Below are positions 50,761-64,000 of a DNA stretch of 64,000 nucleotides, piece after piece. Below the pieces are notes generated by a model. It was not told the origin of the DNA and did no database searches. It saw only the letters and a list, made by a program, of their open reading frames with translations. The stretch covers positions 8,804,001-8,868,000 of the forward strand of contig OZ024753.1 of NCBI GenBank assembly GCA_964016885.1, written 5' to 3'. Source of the DNA: Eledone cirrhosa (taxonomy: Eukaryota). The position numbers were made by a program, and so were the translations under genes. Every line of letters starts with the position of its first letter. Positions within the stretch are counted from its first letter, which is position 1.

Positions 50761-52259
50761 TCTTTTTCTTAACAGAATCTCAAAGAAACATAAGGGTTTT
50801 CTCACGAGAAGATCTAAAAAATAAAAGGTTATGGATGCTATCTGTATCTCCTTGTTTCAAGTGTAACAAAAATGAATCATGTATTCTCCACTGTCATCAT
50901 GTAACTATATGAATACAATTTGTATTGTCGTCCATGTCAAATTTAATTGTAGGCTTCCTTCGGTCATGAATCACCATGGTTTTGCACCCATTTGAGGCAC
51001 AAGACCAGGCAAGGTGTATTTATGGAAGACCAGCAGTCACGCATGCATACCAGTTTTCTCTCTCCATGCCACAGATGTTATCCAAGGGAAAGACAATGGC
51101 CAACACAACTTGGTACCAGTAATGTCACAACTCATTTCTACAGCTGAGTAAACTGGAGCAATGTGAAATGAAGTCTTTTTCCTCAAGAATACAATGCAAC
51201 TCCCAGTCCGGGATTCAAACTCATAACCTTACAATTGTGACTCAATGCTGTAACCATTAAGCCATGCACCTTCACATGCACATTTAATATTCAGTCATAA
51301 AAAGGGGAAACATATAATATTTGTTATAAATAGATTTATGGATTAACTTTAATTGAAAGCCGATCACTTGATATAACAAATTTACATAAAATTGAATAGT
51401 TTTTTTTGTTTTTTTTTTACATTTATGATTATATAATTCTCTTGAGTACTAAAAAACAATGAATAAAAACTGGTTTAAATTTGCAGCTTGAAAATAAGTA
51501 ACATATTCAAGATGATGTCAGTAAAATATACCATTCCAATGTGATATAAGGTAAAGAAAACACAAATAGAGAAACATGCATATCTTATATGGAAAGTGTA
51601 ATTCTTGCTACTACAATGACTGTAGTAGTGCTACCATAGTAAAATATACAATAGCAATAACTCCAATATTCTAGCCATACATTAATATTGATTTTTATAA
51701 TAAGTATAAGGCCATATATGACAACTACAATTGCTCTAAGATGGTTACGATTTGCAGGACATTGCTGGAGAAATAAATAAGCAGGAAGTTATACACAAGC
51801 TACTATTGTGGGAACCAGTTCCGAGGGAGGAAGTAGAGGAAGATCTACTCAAACCTTCATCGATTTTCTCTCAGATAACACAAACCTAACTAGGGAGCAG
51901 TTGCCAGGTGCAATGGAAACATGTGAATTGTGGAGAGACTTTGTCATGAATTTTTGACTGTGGTCTTAATGATAATTATGATGTTTTACCTACCTATCTA
52001 TCTATCTACCTATCTATCTACAAACCTCAGTAGGAGCAATTGCCAGGGGCAATGGAAAAGCATAAATTGTGGAGAGACTTTGTCATGGATGTTTGACTGT
52101 GATCTCAATGATAATGATGATGATTTACCTATCTATCTATCTATTTATTGTGGGAACCAGTTCACAGGAGAGGAAGTAGAGGTAAACCTGTTTGAACCTT
52201 CATCGATCTACTCTCAGATGATACAAACGTCAGTAGGGAGCAGTTGCCAGGGCATTGTC

Positions 52260-53135
52260 TTGTGTTGTCTTCTGGCATTAAACTCCACAAGTTTCAAACT
52301 GGGCATCAACATGAGATATTCTTCTCCACAAATTTCGATCACCAACAGCAGAGTTTAAAGAGCAAAGATCAAGTCCAGTCCATAAGTTGACATTATCAAG
52401 TCATCGTTTTGGCTGCCGGCCTCTGCTTCTCTTACCAGCCAAACTTCCTTCCAGGCATAACCTACTCACACCACGAGTTTATCTTTTTAATTGGCCGTAT
52501 AGTTTGACACACTGGAAGAGGAAGACCGAGGTTAACATATGTTGATGCCCTAAGGACCGACACTTGTCTCTTGGAGATGCAGGACGTGGCAGCGATAATG
52601 AGGGACAGAGGCTGCTGGAGAGAACTCGTCCATGGATCTCGGGAATTTTACCCACCCTAGATAGATAGATAGATAGATAGATAGTTTGAGTACTCTTGAC
52701 TTGACAATTGATGTAATTGGTCTAAGTCTGGTAATGTTGAGCAGTTCACTGATATAGGGGCAATGGGAAAGCATAAATTGTGGAAAGACTTTGTCAGGAA
52801 TGTTTGACTGTGGACTCAATGATGACAAAACTATCATCATATAAAATGCAAACATTAAAGCATAAACGAGCTGCATGAGAAATTAGGCATAAGAGGGATC
52901 AGATGTTGTGTACAGGAGAGGAGATTGCGTTGGTATGGATATGTGATGTGTATAAAGGATGACAGCTGTATAAAAAGGTGCAGAGCACTCAAAGTTGATG
53001 GTAGCCATGGAGTAAGCAGGCCTAGGAAGACTTGGGATGAGGTAATAAGAGCTGACTTTGCTCAATTACACCTCATTCAGGTGATGACACTGGACCATGA
53101 CCTCTGGTACTATGAAGTATTACAGAAGACTTGCC
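52260..53135. mobile_element. Cluster of RTE 3' fragments from three families
   Basis: 52260-52500 minus (GKRSRGRQPKR), 52505-52660 plus (family of 5398), 52885-53135 plus (RLRWYGYVM..SRPRKTWDEV). Confidence 0.75.
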
Positions 53136-53299
53136 CTCTATTATTCTTGGGCTGAGGCATATATACTTAGTAGGTAACACCATTCCCTACCATCTCCCCT
53201 ACCATAACCCCCCCCCCATAGCTACATCCCCAATTTCCCAAAGAACCCCCCCCCCACATCAAAAAAAGTTCCCAACCTCCTCTATAAAGTGATTACCCC

Positions 53300-54435
53300 T
53301 GAAGCACCCAGTCCACATTGTAAAGTGGTCATGTAGGTGTCGCGACAAAAAGCACCCAGTCCACATTGTAAAGTGGTCATGCAGATGCCATAACAAAAAG
53401 CACTGACTGATGTTAAATGAGGATGATGATAGACATATGGGTTGTGCATGTGTGTGTGTGTATCTGTGTGATGGATTTTCAATGCAGTTTATTGATTTCA
53501 AAATTCTACTCATAATGTAATTTTCACCCTGTGCTATTTGGTAAAAGGAAAGCACCCAGCCCACACTGTAAAGTGGTATTGAAGGTGTTGCAACAAACAG
53601 CACCCAGCCCACACTGTAAAGTGGTTGTGAAAGTGTCATGACAAAAAGTACCCAGCCCACACTGTAAAGTGGTTGTGTAGGTGTTGTGACAAAAAGCATC
53701 CAGCACACACTGTAAAGTGGTCATGAAGGTGTTGCAACAAAAAGCACCCAGTCTACACTGTAAAGTGGTCATGTAGGTGTCACGACAAAAAGCACCCAGC
53801 ACACACTGTAAAGTGGTCATGTAGGTGTCGCAACAAAATCATCCAATCCTCACTGTAAAGTGGTCATGTAGGTGTCACGACAAAATCATCCAGTACTCAC
53901 TATATAGTGGTCATGTAGGTGTCACAACAAAAAGCACCTAGTCCACACTGTAAAGTGATCGTGTAGTTGTCACGACAAAAAGCACCCAGCCCACACTGTA
54001 AAGTAGTCATGTAGGTGCCACGACAAAAAGCACCCAGTCCTCACTGTATAGTGGTCATGTAGGTGTCACAACAAAAAGCACCCAGTCCACACTGTAAAGT
54101 GGTCATGTAGATGTCACAACAAAAAGCACCCAGTCCACACTGTAAAGTAGTCATGTAGGTGTCACAACAAAAAGCACCCAGTCCTCACTGTAAAGTGGTC
54201 ATGTAGATGTCACAACAAAAAGCACCCAGTCCTCACTGTAAAGTGGTCATGTAGATGTCACAACAAAAAGCACCCAGTCCTCACTGTAAAGTGGTCGTAT
54301 AGGTGTCACGACAAAAGGCACACAGAAATCAAGCCAATATCAGTTCTGTATGAGCTGGCATTTCCCACAATAAGACAACTCGTCTAACCCATGCTAGCGT
54401 GGAAAAATAGACATTAAACAGTGATGATGATGATG
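53300..54435 (+). repeat. ~47-bp minisatellite expanded from a SINE 3' segment
   Basis: AAAAAGCACCCAGTCCACACTGTAAAGTGGTCATGTAGGTGTCACGAC units ending in the SINE (GAT)n tail. Confidence 0.9.
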
Positions 54436-55286
54436 AAACTTGCCTGAAGTTTGATCAAACCCAGTACCATGTGGTTATGAAATATTCTTTTTTAAACCAC
54501 ATCCGTAGCCACACGCAGCTAGTGCAATATGTTTGGTCATTGCTTTTGTTTTATTTCTCTTATAAATATATTTTTGCCCCTCACAGTTGTAGATGATGTA
54601 CTAGAGTTGATCATAAATATTTTATGATGGATGAGAACACTATATGACAGATATAAATAAAATATTTTGTCATTTTTAACAGCTTTCAGGTGTTTTAGCA
54701 TCACCGTACTCTGATAAAGTTGAGTGTATATCCAGAAGCTATAGCTACTTATATAAGTAGTGTATATATAGAGGTTAGAGAGGTAGTTTATTAGTTAGAG
54801 AGACAGATTCACAATTGCGAGATTGTGAGTTTGATTCCCAGACCATGTGGTGGATTGTGTCCTTGAGCAAGACACTTTATTTCACATTGCTCCAGTTCAT
54901 TTAGCTGAGGAAATGAGTTGTGACATCACTTGTCACTGGCTGTATCAGCCTTTGTCTTTCCTTTGGACAACATCATATATATAGTGTATATATAATTTAT
55001 ACATGTGGAGACATGTGGCCTAGTGGTAAGGGTGTTGGACTTATGATCATAATGGGTTCGATTCCTGGGTTGTGTAATGTGTTCTTGAGCAAAACACTTC
55101 ATTTCACGTTGCTCCAGTATACTCAGCTGAAAATGAGTATCAGCAACAGCTGGAGGTTTAACCCTTCGATGGACTGGCGTCCTGTCCAGGGGGTAAGTCT
55201 TGTACTCTCAGTCGCTTCATGCCATGAAACCGAGATAAGCACTGGCCAAATGAGCCCTCTGGCTTAAGACAGACTTTAGATTTAGA

Positions 55287-55329
<43 letters not shown>

Positions 55330-55681
55330 GACATCACTTGTGCCTAGCTGTATCAGCCATTGACTTTCCCTTGGACAACATCAGTGGCATGGGAAGAAGA
55401 GGCTGGTGTGCAGTCACTGCTGTTCTTCCATAAAAATACTTGCCTGGACTTGGGCCTTGGAAGGGAATTTTCTAGGTGCAAATCTCATGGTCATTTGTAG
55501 CCAAAGAGGGTCTCTACCTTTAGCTAGAGGTTGTTATTGTTGTTGTTGATTAGTTGGATACCCTTCCTAACACCAACCTCATTTACAGTGAGTACTGTGT
55601 GCTTTTTTTTACCGTGGCACCTACACGACCACATTTACAGTGTGACGGGGTGGGTCATATATGCTGTCTATATGCTTTTTA

Positions 55682-55725
<44 letters not shown>

Positions 55726-56172
55726 GTGGCCTGCCTGCCCAGCCAGTGGGATGGCATTATCTTATGGCTAAAACAGCACGACATGCTGTGACCAGCGGCG
55801 CTGAATGGACACCCGACAGACTGGTTGGTCAAGGTGATCAAGGTGATGCTTGTACCTGTGGGAAGTGGGGTCATCTGCATTATTGTGTAACGCCAGAGGT
55901 CTCGGTCCTGTAGAGTTGGTACTGATAAGAAGGGCACCCAGTTGTAGAAACCGTTTTGAAAAATGGAATGTATGAAACCTGATCCACCAATCTATCTAGA
56001 AGGGTAGTAATTCCCAAGTTCCAAATAATATCTGACTCAGACGAGGCCCCATCTAATTTACAACAGCAAGGAAAGTGAACATATGATGATGATGGTGGCG
56101 GTGGTGGTGTTGTGTTGTTGTTGTTGTTGGTGGTGATGTTGATGTTGATGATAGCAATAAGAACAATGATGA

Positions 56173-56358
56173 TAATTATTTCTACTTTTGGCACAAGGCC
56201 AGCAAATTAGCCAGTGTATTACTGGTACTTTATTTTATCGACCCATGTAAGGATGAAAGGCAAAGTTAACCTCGATGGGATTTGAACTCATAATGGCAAA
56301 GGCCGTAACTCTATGCGTCAAAGCATGGCGTCCGACCCTCCACCGATACTGCCAATCC
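56173..56358 (-). mobile_element. SINE B
   Basis: Full reverse-complement copy. Confidence 0.85.
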
Positions 56359-58274
56359 AATGATGACAACAACAATAATAATATATCAGGATATGTTACT
56401 GGGATATATTTTATCGACTCTAGATAAATGAAAGCCAAAACGTTTTCACCAGACATGATTTGAAATCAATATTGAGAAATATGAAACTATATGTTGTAAT
56501 ATAGTTTTAGTTTTCTGTGCTTCTGTCTCCAAAAATATTCTTGCAACCTTCGTTGCAAGGCATTAACAGTAAATGATGTAAATATTAGTTAGACATTTAA
56601 GCTCATCACATTGGCATCACAAAAGAGAGAAAGAGAAATAGATAGAGCGGGAGAAGGAGACTCACAAAATGAGATACAACTATCTTATTGAATAAAGTGA
56701 TCCTTCACTCTTTTATTGAATAAACTGGTTTTCTTCATAAAGTCTTGTGATTTATTTTCTTGAAATATAATAAATATTAAATCAGTATTTGTGTGTGTAT
56801 GTATGTATGTATGTATGTATGTATGTGAAAATATCTAGTTTTCTGCTATAAAAGTCTAAAAAGAAACCAATAAGTTTTCTGCCTTCTTACATCTAAATTG
56901 TTATTTTTCATTCTAAATTTAATATATTAAATTTGAAGCTTTTCAATAAAAGAATCAAATATGTTGAAGTCAAAATTTCTAATAAAAGCAGATTTAAACA
57001 TATATTTCCTAAAATGATAAACTTAATACTTCTTGAAAATTTTAACAGAGAAGGAATAAGATGATGTAAATCAATATTTAAAACATATTTAAAGACATTT
57101 CATCATAAAACTAATAGTTAAATATAGTTTGTTTGTTTTTTATTGGCTGGAGAATCTTTGCTTCAATTTAACTTTGGTATCAGTAGCTGATCAATTATTT
57201 TAGTCATAGTATTGAACAGTATTTTAAAATATGTTGACCGTGGTTAAGTGGTTATAAACACTTAAACAGTTCTATTCACCGATATTTCTCTAAGGTTGTT
57301 TCATTAAGGAATTTTACTGGTGCATATAACCCCACCTGTGCAAAGCTGATAATAGGCCCAGACCAGATGTAAAATGAATTGGTCCCCTAAAGTTTTTAAC
57401 AGGCCCAGATCAGATGTAAAATGGATCCCCTAAAGTTTTTAAGAGGCTCTGACCAAATGTAAAATGAAAGGTGCCCTACAGTTTTTAACAAGCTCAGATC
57501 AGGTGTAAAATGGAAGATCCCCTACAGTTATTAACAAGCCCAGATGTAAAAGGGAAGATTTCCGAAAGTTTTTTGATAGGACAAAGCCAAATGTAAAATA
57601 TAAGGTCCCCTATCATTGGTTATAGGACAAAATCAACTTTGCTTTTCATCCCTTTGAGGTTGATAAAAAAAAAAGTACCAGACCAGAATAGGGGTCAATA
57701 TTTCCTCTATATTTCTTTCTCACTTTCAGTCTCCCATTCTCTCTATCATTCTCTAGAAGAAATCAGCTATATTCACACTTAGAGAGAATTAGTCTCTGCC
57801 AGGTTATAAAATGCCATATGTCAATATGGCACCCCTACACAGACCAGAACAGGGGTCAATTTTTCCTCTATATTTCTTTCTCACTTCCAGTCTCCCATTC
57901 TCTCTATAGTTTTCCAGAACAAATCATCTATATTCAGAGCTGGAGAGGATTGGGCTCTGCCAGGTTTTCAAATGTCTTAGAAATGGCGTATGTCAATACA
58001 ACATCCTTAAGACACACTCGGGGAGTTACAGGACCTTGTATGCTTGCATAGAGTAGGAAGTGCAGTTGCCATAAACCTTTTCATGGCCTCCAAAACTGAT
58101 GGAAACTAGACATAATATAGTGATGATGATGATGGTGAGATTCAGGGTTTTACACTTTTAGGGGATAACATAACTGACTACAAAGAATGAACGCCTTCCA
58201 CAATAAAGATATTCAGACATCTTTAAGGTTCTCTGTATCACTCAAGCATTTCAGAATTTTAAAATACAAACTAT

Positions 58275-59523
58275 GGAGGCACATGGCTTAGTGGTTAGAG
58301 CACTGGCCTTGCAATCGAAAGGTTGTGAGTTCAATTCTCAGACCGGGTGATGTGTTGTTTCCTTGAGCAAGACACTTTATTTCACGTTGCTCCAGTTTAC
58401 TCAGCTGTAGAAATGAGATGATAGGGACTGGGGTCCATATCATTCCACTGTAAAGTGCTCGTGGAGGTGCCACGGCATAAAAGCACCCAGCACTCACTGT
58501 AAAGTGGACATGGAGGTGCCACGGCAAAAAAGCACCCAGCCCTCACTGCAAAGTGGTCGTGGAGGTGCCACGGCAAAAAAGCACCCAGCCCACACTGCAA
58601 AGTGGAGGTGCCACGGCAAAAAAGCACCCAGCTCACACTGCAAAGTGGTCGTGGAGGTGTCACGGCAAAAAAGCACCCAGCCCACACTGCAAAGTGGTTG
58701 TGGAGGTGCCACGGCAAAAAAGCACCCAGCCCACACTGCAAAGTGGTTGTGGAGGTGTCACGGCAAAAAAGCACCCAGCCCACACTGCAAAGTGGTCGTG
58801 GAGGTGCCACGGCAAAAAAGCACCCAGCCCACACTGCAAAGTGGAGGTGCCACGGCAAAAAAGCACCCAGCTCACACTGCAAAGTGGTCGTGGAGGTGTC
58901 ACGGCAAAAAAGCACCCAGCCCTCACTGCAAAGTGGTCGTGGAGGTACCACGGCAAAAAAGCACCCAGCCCTCACTGCAAAGTGGTCGTGGAGGTGCCAC
59001 GGCAAAAAAGCACCCAGCCCACACTGCAAAGTGGTCGTGGAGGTGCCACGGCATAAAAGCACCCAGCACTCACAATTAAAATGGACGTGGAGGTGCCATG
59101 GCAAAAAAGCACCCAGCCCACACTGCAAAGTGGAGGTGCCACGACAAAAAAGCACCCAGCTCACACTGCAAAGTGGTCGTGGAGGTGCCATGGCAAAAAA
59201 GCACCCAGCCCACACTGCAAAGTGGTCGTGGAGGTGCCACGGCATAAAAGCACCCAGCCCGCACTGCAAAGTGGTCGTGGAGGTGCCACGGCAAAAAAGC
59301 ACCCAGCCCACACTGCAAAGTGGTCGTGGAGGTGCCACGGCATAAAAGGACCCAGCCCGCACTGCAAAGTGGTCGTGGAGGTGACACGGCAAAAAAGCAC
59401 CCACTGTAAATGAGGTTGGTGTTAGGAAGGGCATCCAGCTGTAGAAATCCAGCCAGAATCAGTTGCTGTGCCACCCTTGCAAGCAGGGAAAAGCAGACAT
59501 AGAATGAAATGATGATGATGATG
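58275..59523 (+). mobile_element. SINE A with ~20 internal 41/49-bp tandem units
   Basis: Intact head and tail enclose GGAGGTGCCACGGCAAAAAAGCACCCAGCCCACACTGCAAAGTGGTCGT repeats; explains all ORFs at 58397-59549. Confidence 0.95.
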
Positions 59524-59825
59524 AAACACTGTAGAACATTTTTACACATTTTTAACTATCAATGGCTTGTTTACATCTTATAAAGGAAACAAAGCAGAAC
59601 AAATCACATACACACACATATATACGTACATACATATACACACATACACATATCTGTATATATGTATGTGTGTATATGTATGTATGTATATATCTATATA
59701 TTTTGTATGTTTTTCTATATATATATATATATAGGGAGAGAGAGAGAGACCAAATTTAAGATAAATACATATACACACATCTTCATATATATATTTATAT
59801 ATATATACATACATATATGTATGTT

Positions 59826-59858
<33 letters not shown>

Positions 59859-60013
59859 GAGTGTGTTTATTTAGATATATATATATATATGAGTGTGTTT
59901 ATCTATATATATATATATGAGTGTGTTTATTTAGATATATATATATGAGTGTGTTTATCTATATATATATATGAGTGTGTTTATTTATATATATATATAT
60001 ATATGTGTGTGTT

Positions 60014-60056
<43 letters not shown>

Positions 60057-60099
60057 GAGTGTGTTTATCTATATATATATATATATGAGTGTGTTTATC

Positions 60100-60134
<35 letters not shown>

Positions 60135-61859
60135 CTCTCTCTCTCTCATCCAAATTAAAAATGTATTTTTCAAGAGTTAAAAACATAATGTAAACAATTT
60201 AAAAGGCAGATTTTTCTCTTGAAATAACGCTGGCATCAATATAAACAACTTGCTTTCAATGAGCTCAAAACATTTTTATGAAAGAAAAAAGATAATGAAA
60301 TTAAAAGGGGGAAAAGTTTTACAGAACACTTTAATTAGAAAGCAGGTACTAGAGTAATGAAAATTTGATTAGAATTCAAACTGGTTCTATAAAATTCTTG
60401 AGAATATTGACAGTTAGGCAATCATTAAGCTGTGATAAACTGAAATGGGGGTGGCACAAGTGTATAAGATAGCTTGAAAAGTATAATATTTCCATTGGAA
60501 ATATAAGCATAAGCTTAATACGTTTTCTGATTAATAATAAATATTTCAATAGGGGAATATCAAGCAAAAATAATACAGTGATGAATCATAATTTTTGGCA
60601 ATGACTTTCAAGAATTATACTGATTTAGGTCTAAAAAGAACTTCTGATTGAAGCCAATGGATGCATTGTTTAGATTTTGTTTTCTCGCAGTTTTATTTGA
60701 GGGTAAATTAGGGAGAGAATTATCAAGGTTTATTTTGAAAAACTGCCAGATTTTCCCAAACATATATATCATGGCAACAAACTATGTTAAATTCAGCCAA
60801 ATATAAATTGGTAGTTTCACAGTGTTGGTGGATGTATCTGTGTATATATGCATGCATGTGCACATGTGTATGTGTGTATACATGCATGTGTGTTTGTGTG
60901 TGCATGGATGTGTCTATGTATGAGTTGGTAGTTTTAGTGTTACTAGATGTATGTGTATATGTGCATGCATGCGTGTGCGCATGTGTGTTTGTGTGTGCAT
61001 GTATGTGTGTATAAATATATTTTTGTACAATGTGTAAGTTGGTAGTTTTTCAATGTTGGTGGATGCAGATGCCTTAATTATAATGTGAGTATGTGTATGT
61101 GTGCATGCACATGTGTATGTGTGTATGTATGTGTGCGCAAGTATGTGTGCATGTAAATATATGTTTGTACAATGTGTACGTTATATTTGTGGCAGTGGTC
61201 ATAATCATAATCAACAGAGTACAAAATCAAGTCACAAGTTTTCTGAAATTTTAACAGCCATGGAATGGATCTCCATCACTTTCGACGATGAGCGTTCCAG
61301 TTGTTTGATCAATGGAACATCCTGTTCATTAAATAAGCATGCAAGTGGCTGGGCATTCCACAGAAACTTATACCAATAACATAATTCTTAAGAAGAATCG
61401 AACTTACAGCCTTTCAATTGCAAGCCCAATGCTCTAACCACTAAGCCATGCACCTTAACAGAGAAAAGCAATACATCTGTTTGATATAAAACAACATTTT
61501 CATATTTCATGAACCAGGATGAGGGATTGGCAGAACTGCTAAAGCATTAAACAAAATGATTTGCAGTATTTTTTATAAATCTATAAATTATGAAAATAAA
61601 TCCTGCTGAATTCAGTTTTGCCTTTCGTTCATCCAGAGTTGATAAAATGAAATACAAACCATGTACTGTTGTCGATATAATTAACTTTGCCCTTCTCTCA
61701 TATTGCTGGCCTTGTGTCCATGTTAGAAAGAATTATTTTATCAATCACCAATTTGAAAATGACATTTCAAAACTTTGCAGAGTTCACAAGAATCACACAG
61801 CTGGAAAAAGATAATCAAGAAATGTTGATAAGAGAAATTGTTTTAATGTCTTTAGTATT

Positions 61860-62085
61860 ACAAGTTTTGATGTTAGTACTTCCTTGTTCTTGTTGAAAGC
61901 TGCCCAACCTAGAGCAATGCAATAGTGCACAGCAACCATTTCATTGTTTGATGATAGTTTGTGACCGAAATATACAAACTCTGTAACTTGCGCAATTTGC
62001 TGACTGTAGATTGTGAGTTGGAGATTGGCATTGTTTTTATCAGTTGTCATACACTTTGTTTTGGAGATGTTGATGCGTAAGCCAG
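61860..62085 (-). pseudogene. RTE-like RT C-terminal fragment
   Basis: GLRINISKTK..IAQVTEFVYFGHKLS..IALGWAAFNKNKEVL. Confidence 0.75.
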
Positions 62086-62420
62086 GCTGGTCTTGATCTC
62101 CGCTTTTTAAACTCTGCTGGTCTTGATCTCCGCTTTTTAAACTCTGCTGGTCTTGATCTCCGCTTTTTAAACTCTGCTGGTCTTGATCTCCGCTTTTTAA
62201 ACTCTGCTGGTCTTGATCTCCGCTTTTTAAACTCTGCTGGTCTTGATCTCCGCTTTTTAAACTCTGCTGGTCTTGATCTCCGCTTTTTAAACTCTGCTGG
62301 TCTTGATCTCCGCTTTTTAAACTCTGCTGGTCTTGATCTCCACTTTTTAAACTCTGCTGGTCTTGATCTCCACTTTTTAAACTCTGCTGGTCTTGATCTC
62401 CGCTTTTTAAACTCTGCTGC
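62084..62420. repeat. 30-bp minisatellite, ~11 near-identical units
   Basis: GCTGGTCTTGATCTCCGCTTTTTAAACTCT; single-copy relative in reverse orientation at ~52310-52375. Confidence 0.95.
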
Positions 62421-63124
62421 TGGTGATCAAACTTTGTGGAGAAGAATATCTCATGTTAATGTACAGTCTGCAACTGGCGGCGTTTAGCGTGAAAGTAAGA
62501 ATTACAGGTATTGGAAATGACATAGGTAGAAACACGTCGATTCTGTAATAGATTTTCGATTGGAAATGATAGGCTAAAAGTGTGTGTGAAGGATTTAGAG
62601 AGAATAAGAAATATGAATTGACAGCTATTCTGTCACACTGGACTTATGACCATCACAGGTGACCATCAAATGATTATGTGGCTATCACACATTCAGAGAA
62701 CACAAAAACACTGTCTACTCACTGTGTTAAACTCAACGGAGGCTTCATGCTGTGTTCAAATTACATTTCTTTTAGACAAGATAAAAAGAAAATGCCACTG
62801 TAACTTACTCAAGTAAGCCACAATAAGATTAAAATTCTGAATGCAATGAGTTAGAAGAAATACGACAAAGTATCTCATCTTATACAAATTTTACTAATCC
62901 ATCACCATGGACTGACATTGCATTTGACAGAATAAAAAGCAAACTTGACCTTATTTAAACTAAAATAGTAGAGAGCCAGGAACAGTACTACAAGATAATT
63001 TATCCTGCAATAGAATAAAGTACTTATCATATAACAAATATATAAGATTAAATAAAAGTACAAGCATTCAATCAATTAAATAATGCTAGGAACTTTATAA
63101 GTAAAATACACAAAATTATATAAC

Positions 63125-63238
63125 ATAGAAATGGAAGCTTTCACCATATTTTTTACTAAAGAAATTTTAGCCTGATAAACCCTACTATCAGGATAAAATT
63201 TATTTAGTCAAAAATACAGCGAAAGCTTCTATTTCTAT
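63125..63238. repeat. Diverged palindrome
   Basis: ATAGAAATGGAAGCTTTC...CCTGATA / TATCAGG...GAAAGCTTCTATTTCTAT. Confidence 0.8.
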
Positions 63239-63288
63239 TTTCAAACTCGCTCGCTGTTTCAAAACGAACTTGCTTGTCACAAAAATAT

Positions 63289-63481
63289 ATAATTGTCTCT
63301 ACTTTTGGCACAAGGCCAGCAATTATCCCAGTGTATTACTGGTACTTTATTTTATCGACCCATGTAAGGATGAAAGGCAAAGTTAACCTCGGCGGGATTT
63401 GAACTCAGATCATAAAGGGCCGTAACTCTTTGCTGGAAAGCATGGCGTCTGACCCTCTACCGATACTGCCAATCCACTGCC
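63289..63481 (-). mobile_element. SINE B with TSD
   Basis: CACAAAAATATATAAT on both flanks. Confidence 0.9.
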
Positions 63482-63504
63482 ACAAAAATATATAATAATA
63501 TATA

Positions 63505-63880
63505 TTTTGTCATGTCACCAGCACAAACTTCTTACAGTGTGAACTGGGTCCTTTTTGCCATGTCACTAGCATGAACTCCTTACAGTGTGGACTGGGTACT
63601 TTTCGTCATGTCACCAGCGCAAACTTCTAACAGTGTGGATTGGGTGCTTTTTGTCATGTCACCAGCATGAAAACCTTATAGTGTAGACTGGGTGATTTTT
63701 GTCAAATCACCAACACGACCACCTTATAGTGTGGACTGGACGATTTTCGTTGTGACACTAACACAACCATATTACTGAGTGGACTGGGTGATTTTTCTTG
63801 TGTCACTAACACAACCGCATTAGTGTATGGACTGGGCGATTATTGTCGTGTCACCAACAAGACCACTTTACAGTGTGGAC
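63505..63880 (-). repeat. Diverged ~47-bp SINE-derived minisatellite
   Basis: GTGTGGACTGGGTGCTTTTTGTCATGTCACC units. Confidence 0.8.
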
Positions 63881-64000
63881 AAGGATGCATGAAATGCAAA
63901 CACAAATCAAATCAAACATGTAGTTTTAGTACATATATATATATATATAGATGCATGTAGATATAAAACCCAAAATATTTTATTTTTTCAATAAAAGGAA

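Noticed and set aside
50340-50912. 190-aa plus-strand hydrophobic ORF
   Set aside because: Antisense shadow of the minus-strand GIY-YIG frame.
58397-59549. 345-aa and overlapping repetitive ORFs; superficially CRISPR-like array
   Set aside because: Head-to-tail minisatellite inside a SINE with no unique spacers; eukaryotic context and no cas genes.
62084-62420. 30-bp repeats as a CRISPR array
   Set aside because: No spacers between the repeats.

Overview
AT-rich, repeat-saturated animal genomic DNA with no host protein-coding gene that I can support. The SINE, RTE and microsatellite content resembles an octopod cephalopod (inference). Nearly all ORFs in the supplied track are translations of (TA)n/(CA)n/(CAC)n microsatellites, SINEs or minisatellites. 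The real content is two abundant tRNA-derived SINE families, decayed RTE, CR1/L2 and CRE-like LINE fragments, a helicase-less Helitron plus a small non-autonomous Helitron, pogo/Tc2/mariner and piggyBac-type MITEs, and many TE-derived minisatellites. The most interesting layer is Penelope-like (PLE). First, about 9 type I hammerhead ribozyme motifs with palindromic helix III are visible by eye; four of them lie in a family of short fold-back elements whose helix II covaries between copies. Second, a PLE GIY-YIG endonuclease frame (50327-50760, minus) has only TGA as internal stops, at least two at expected conserved-Cys positions, which raises the possibility of selenocysteine recoding. All calls are by-eye; coordinates of decayed elements are approximate.
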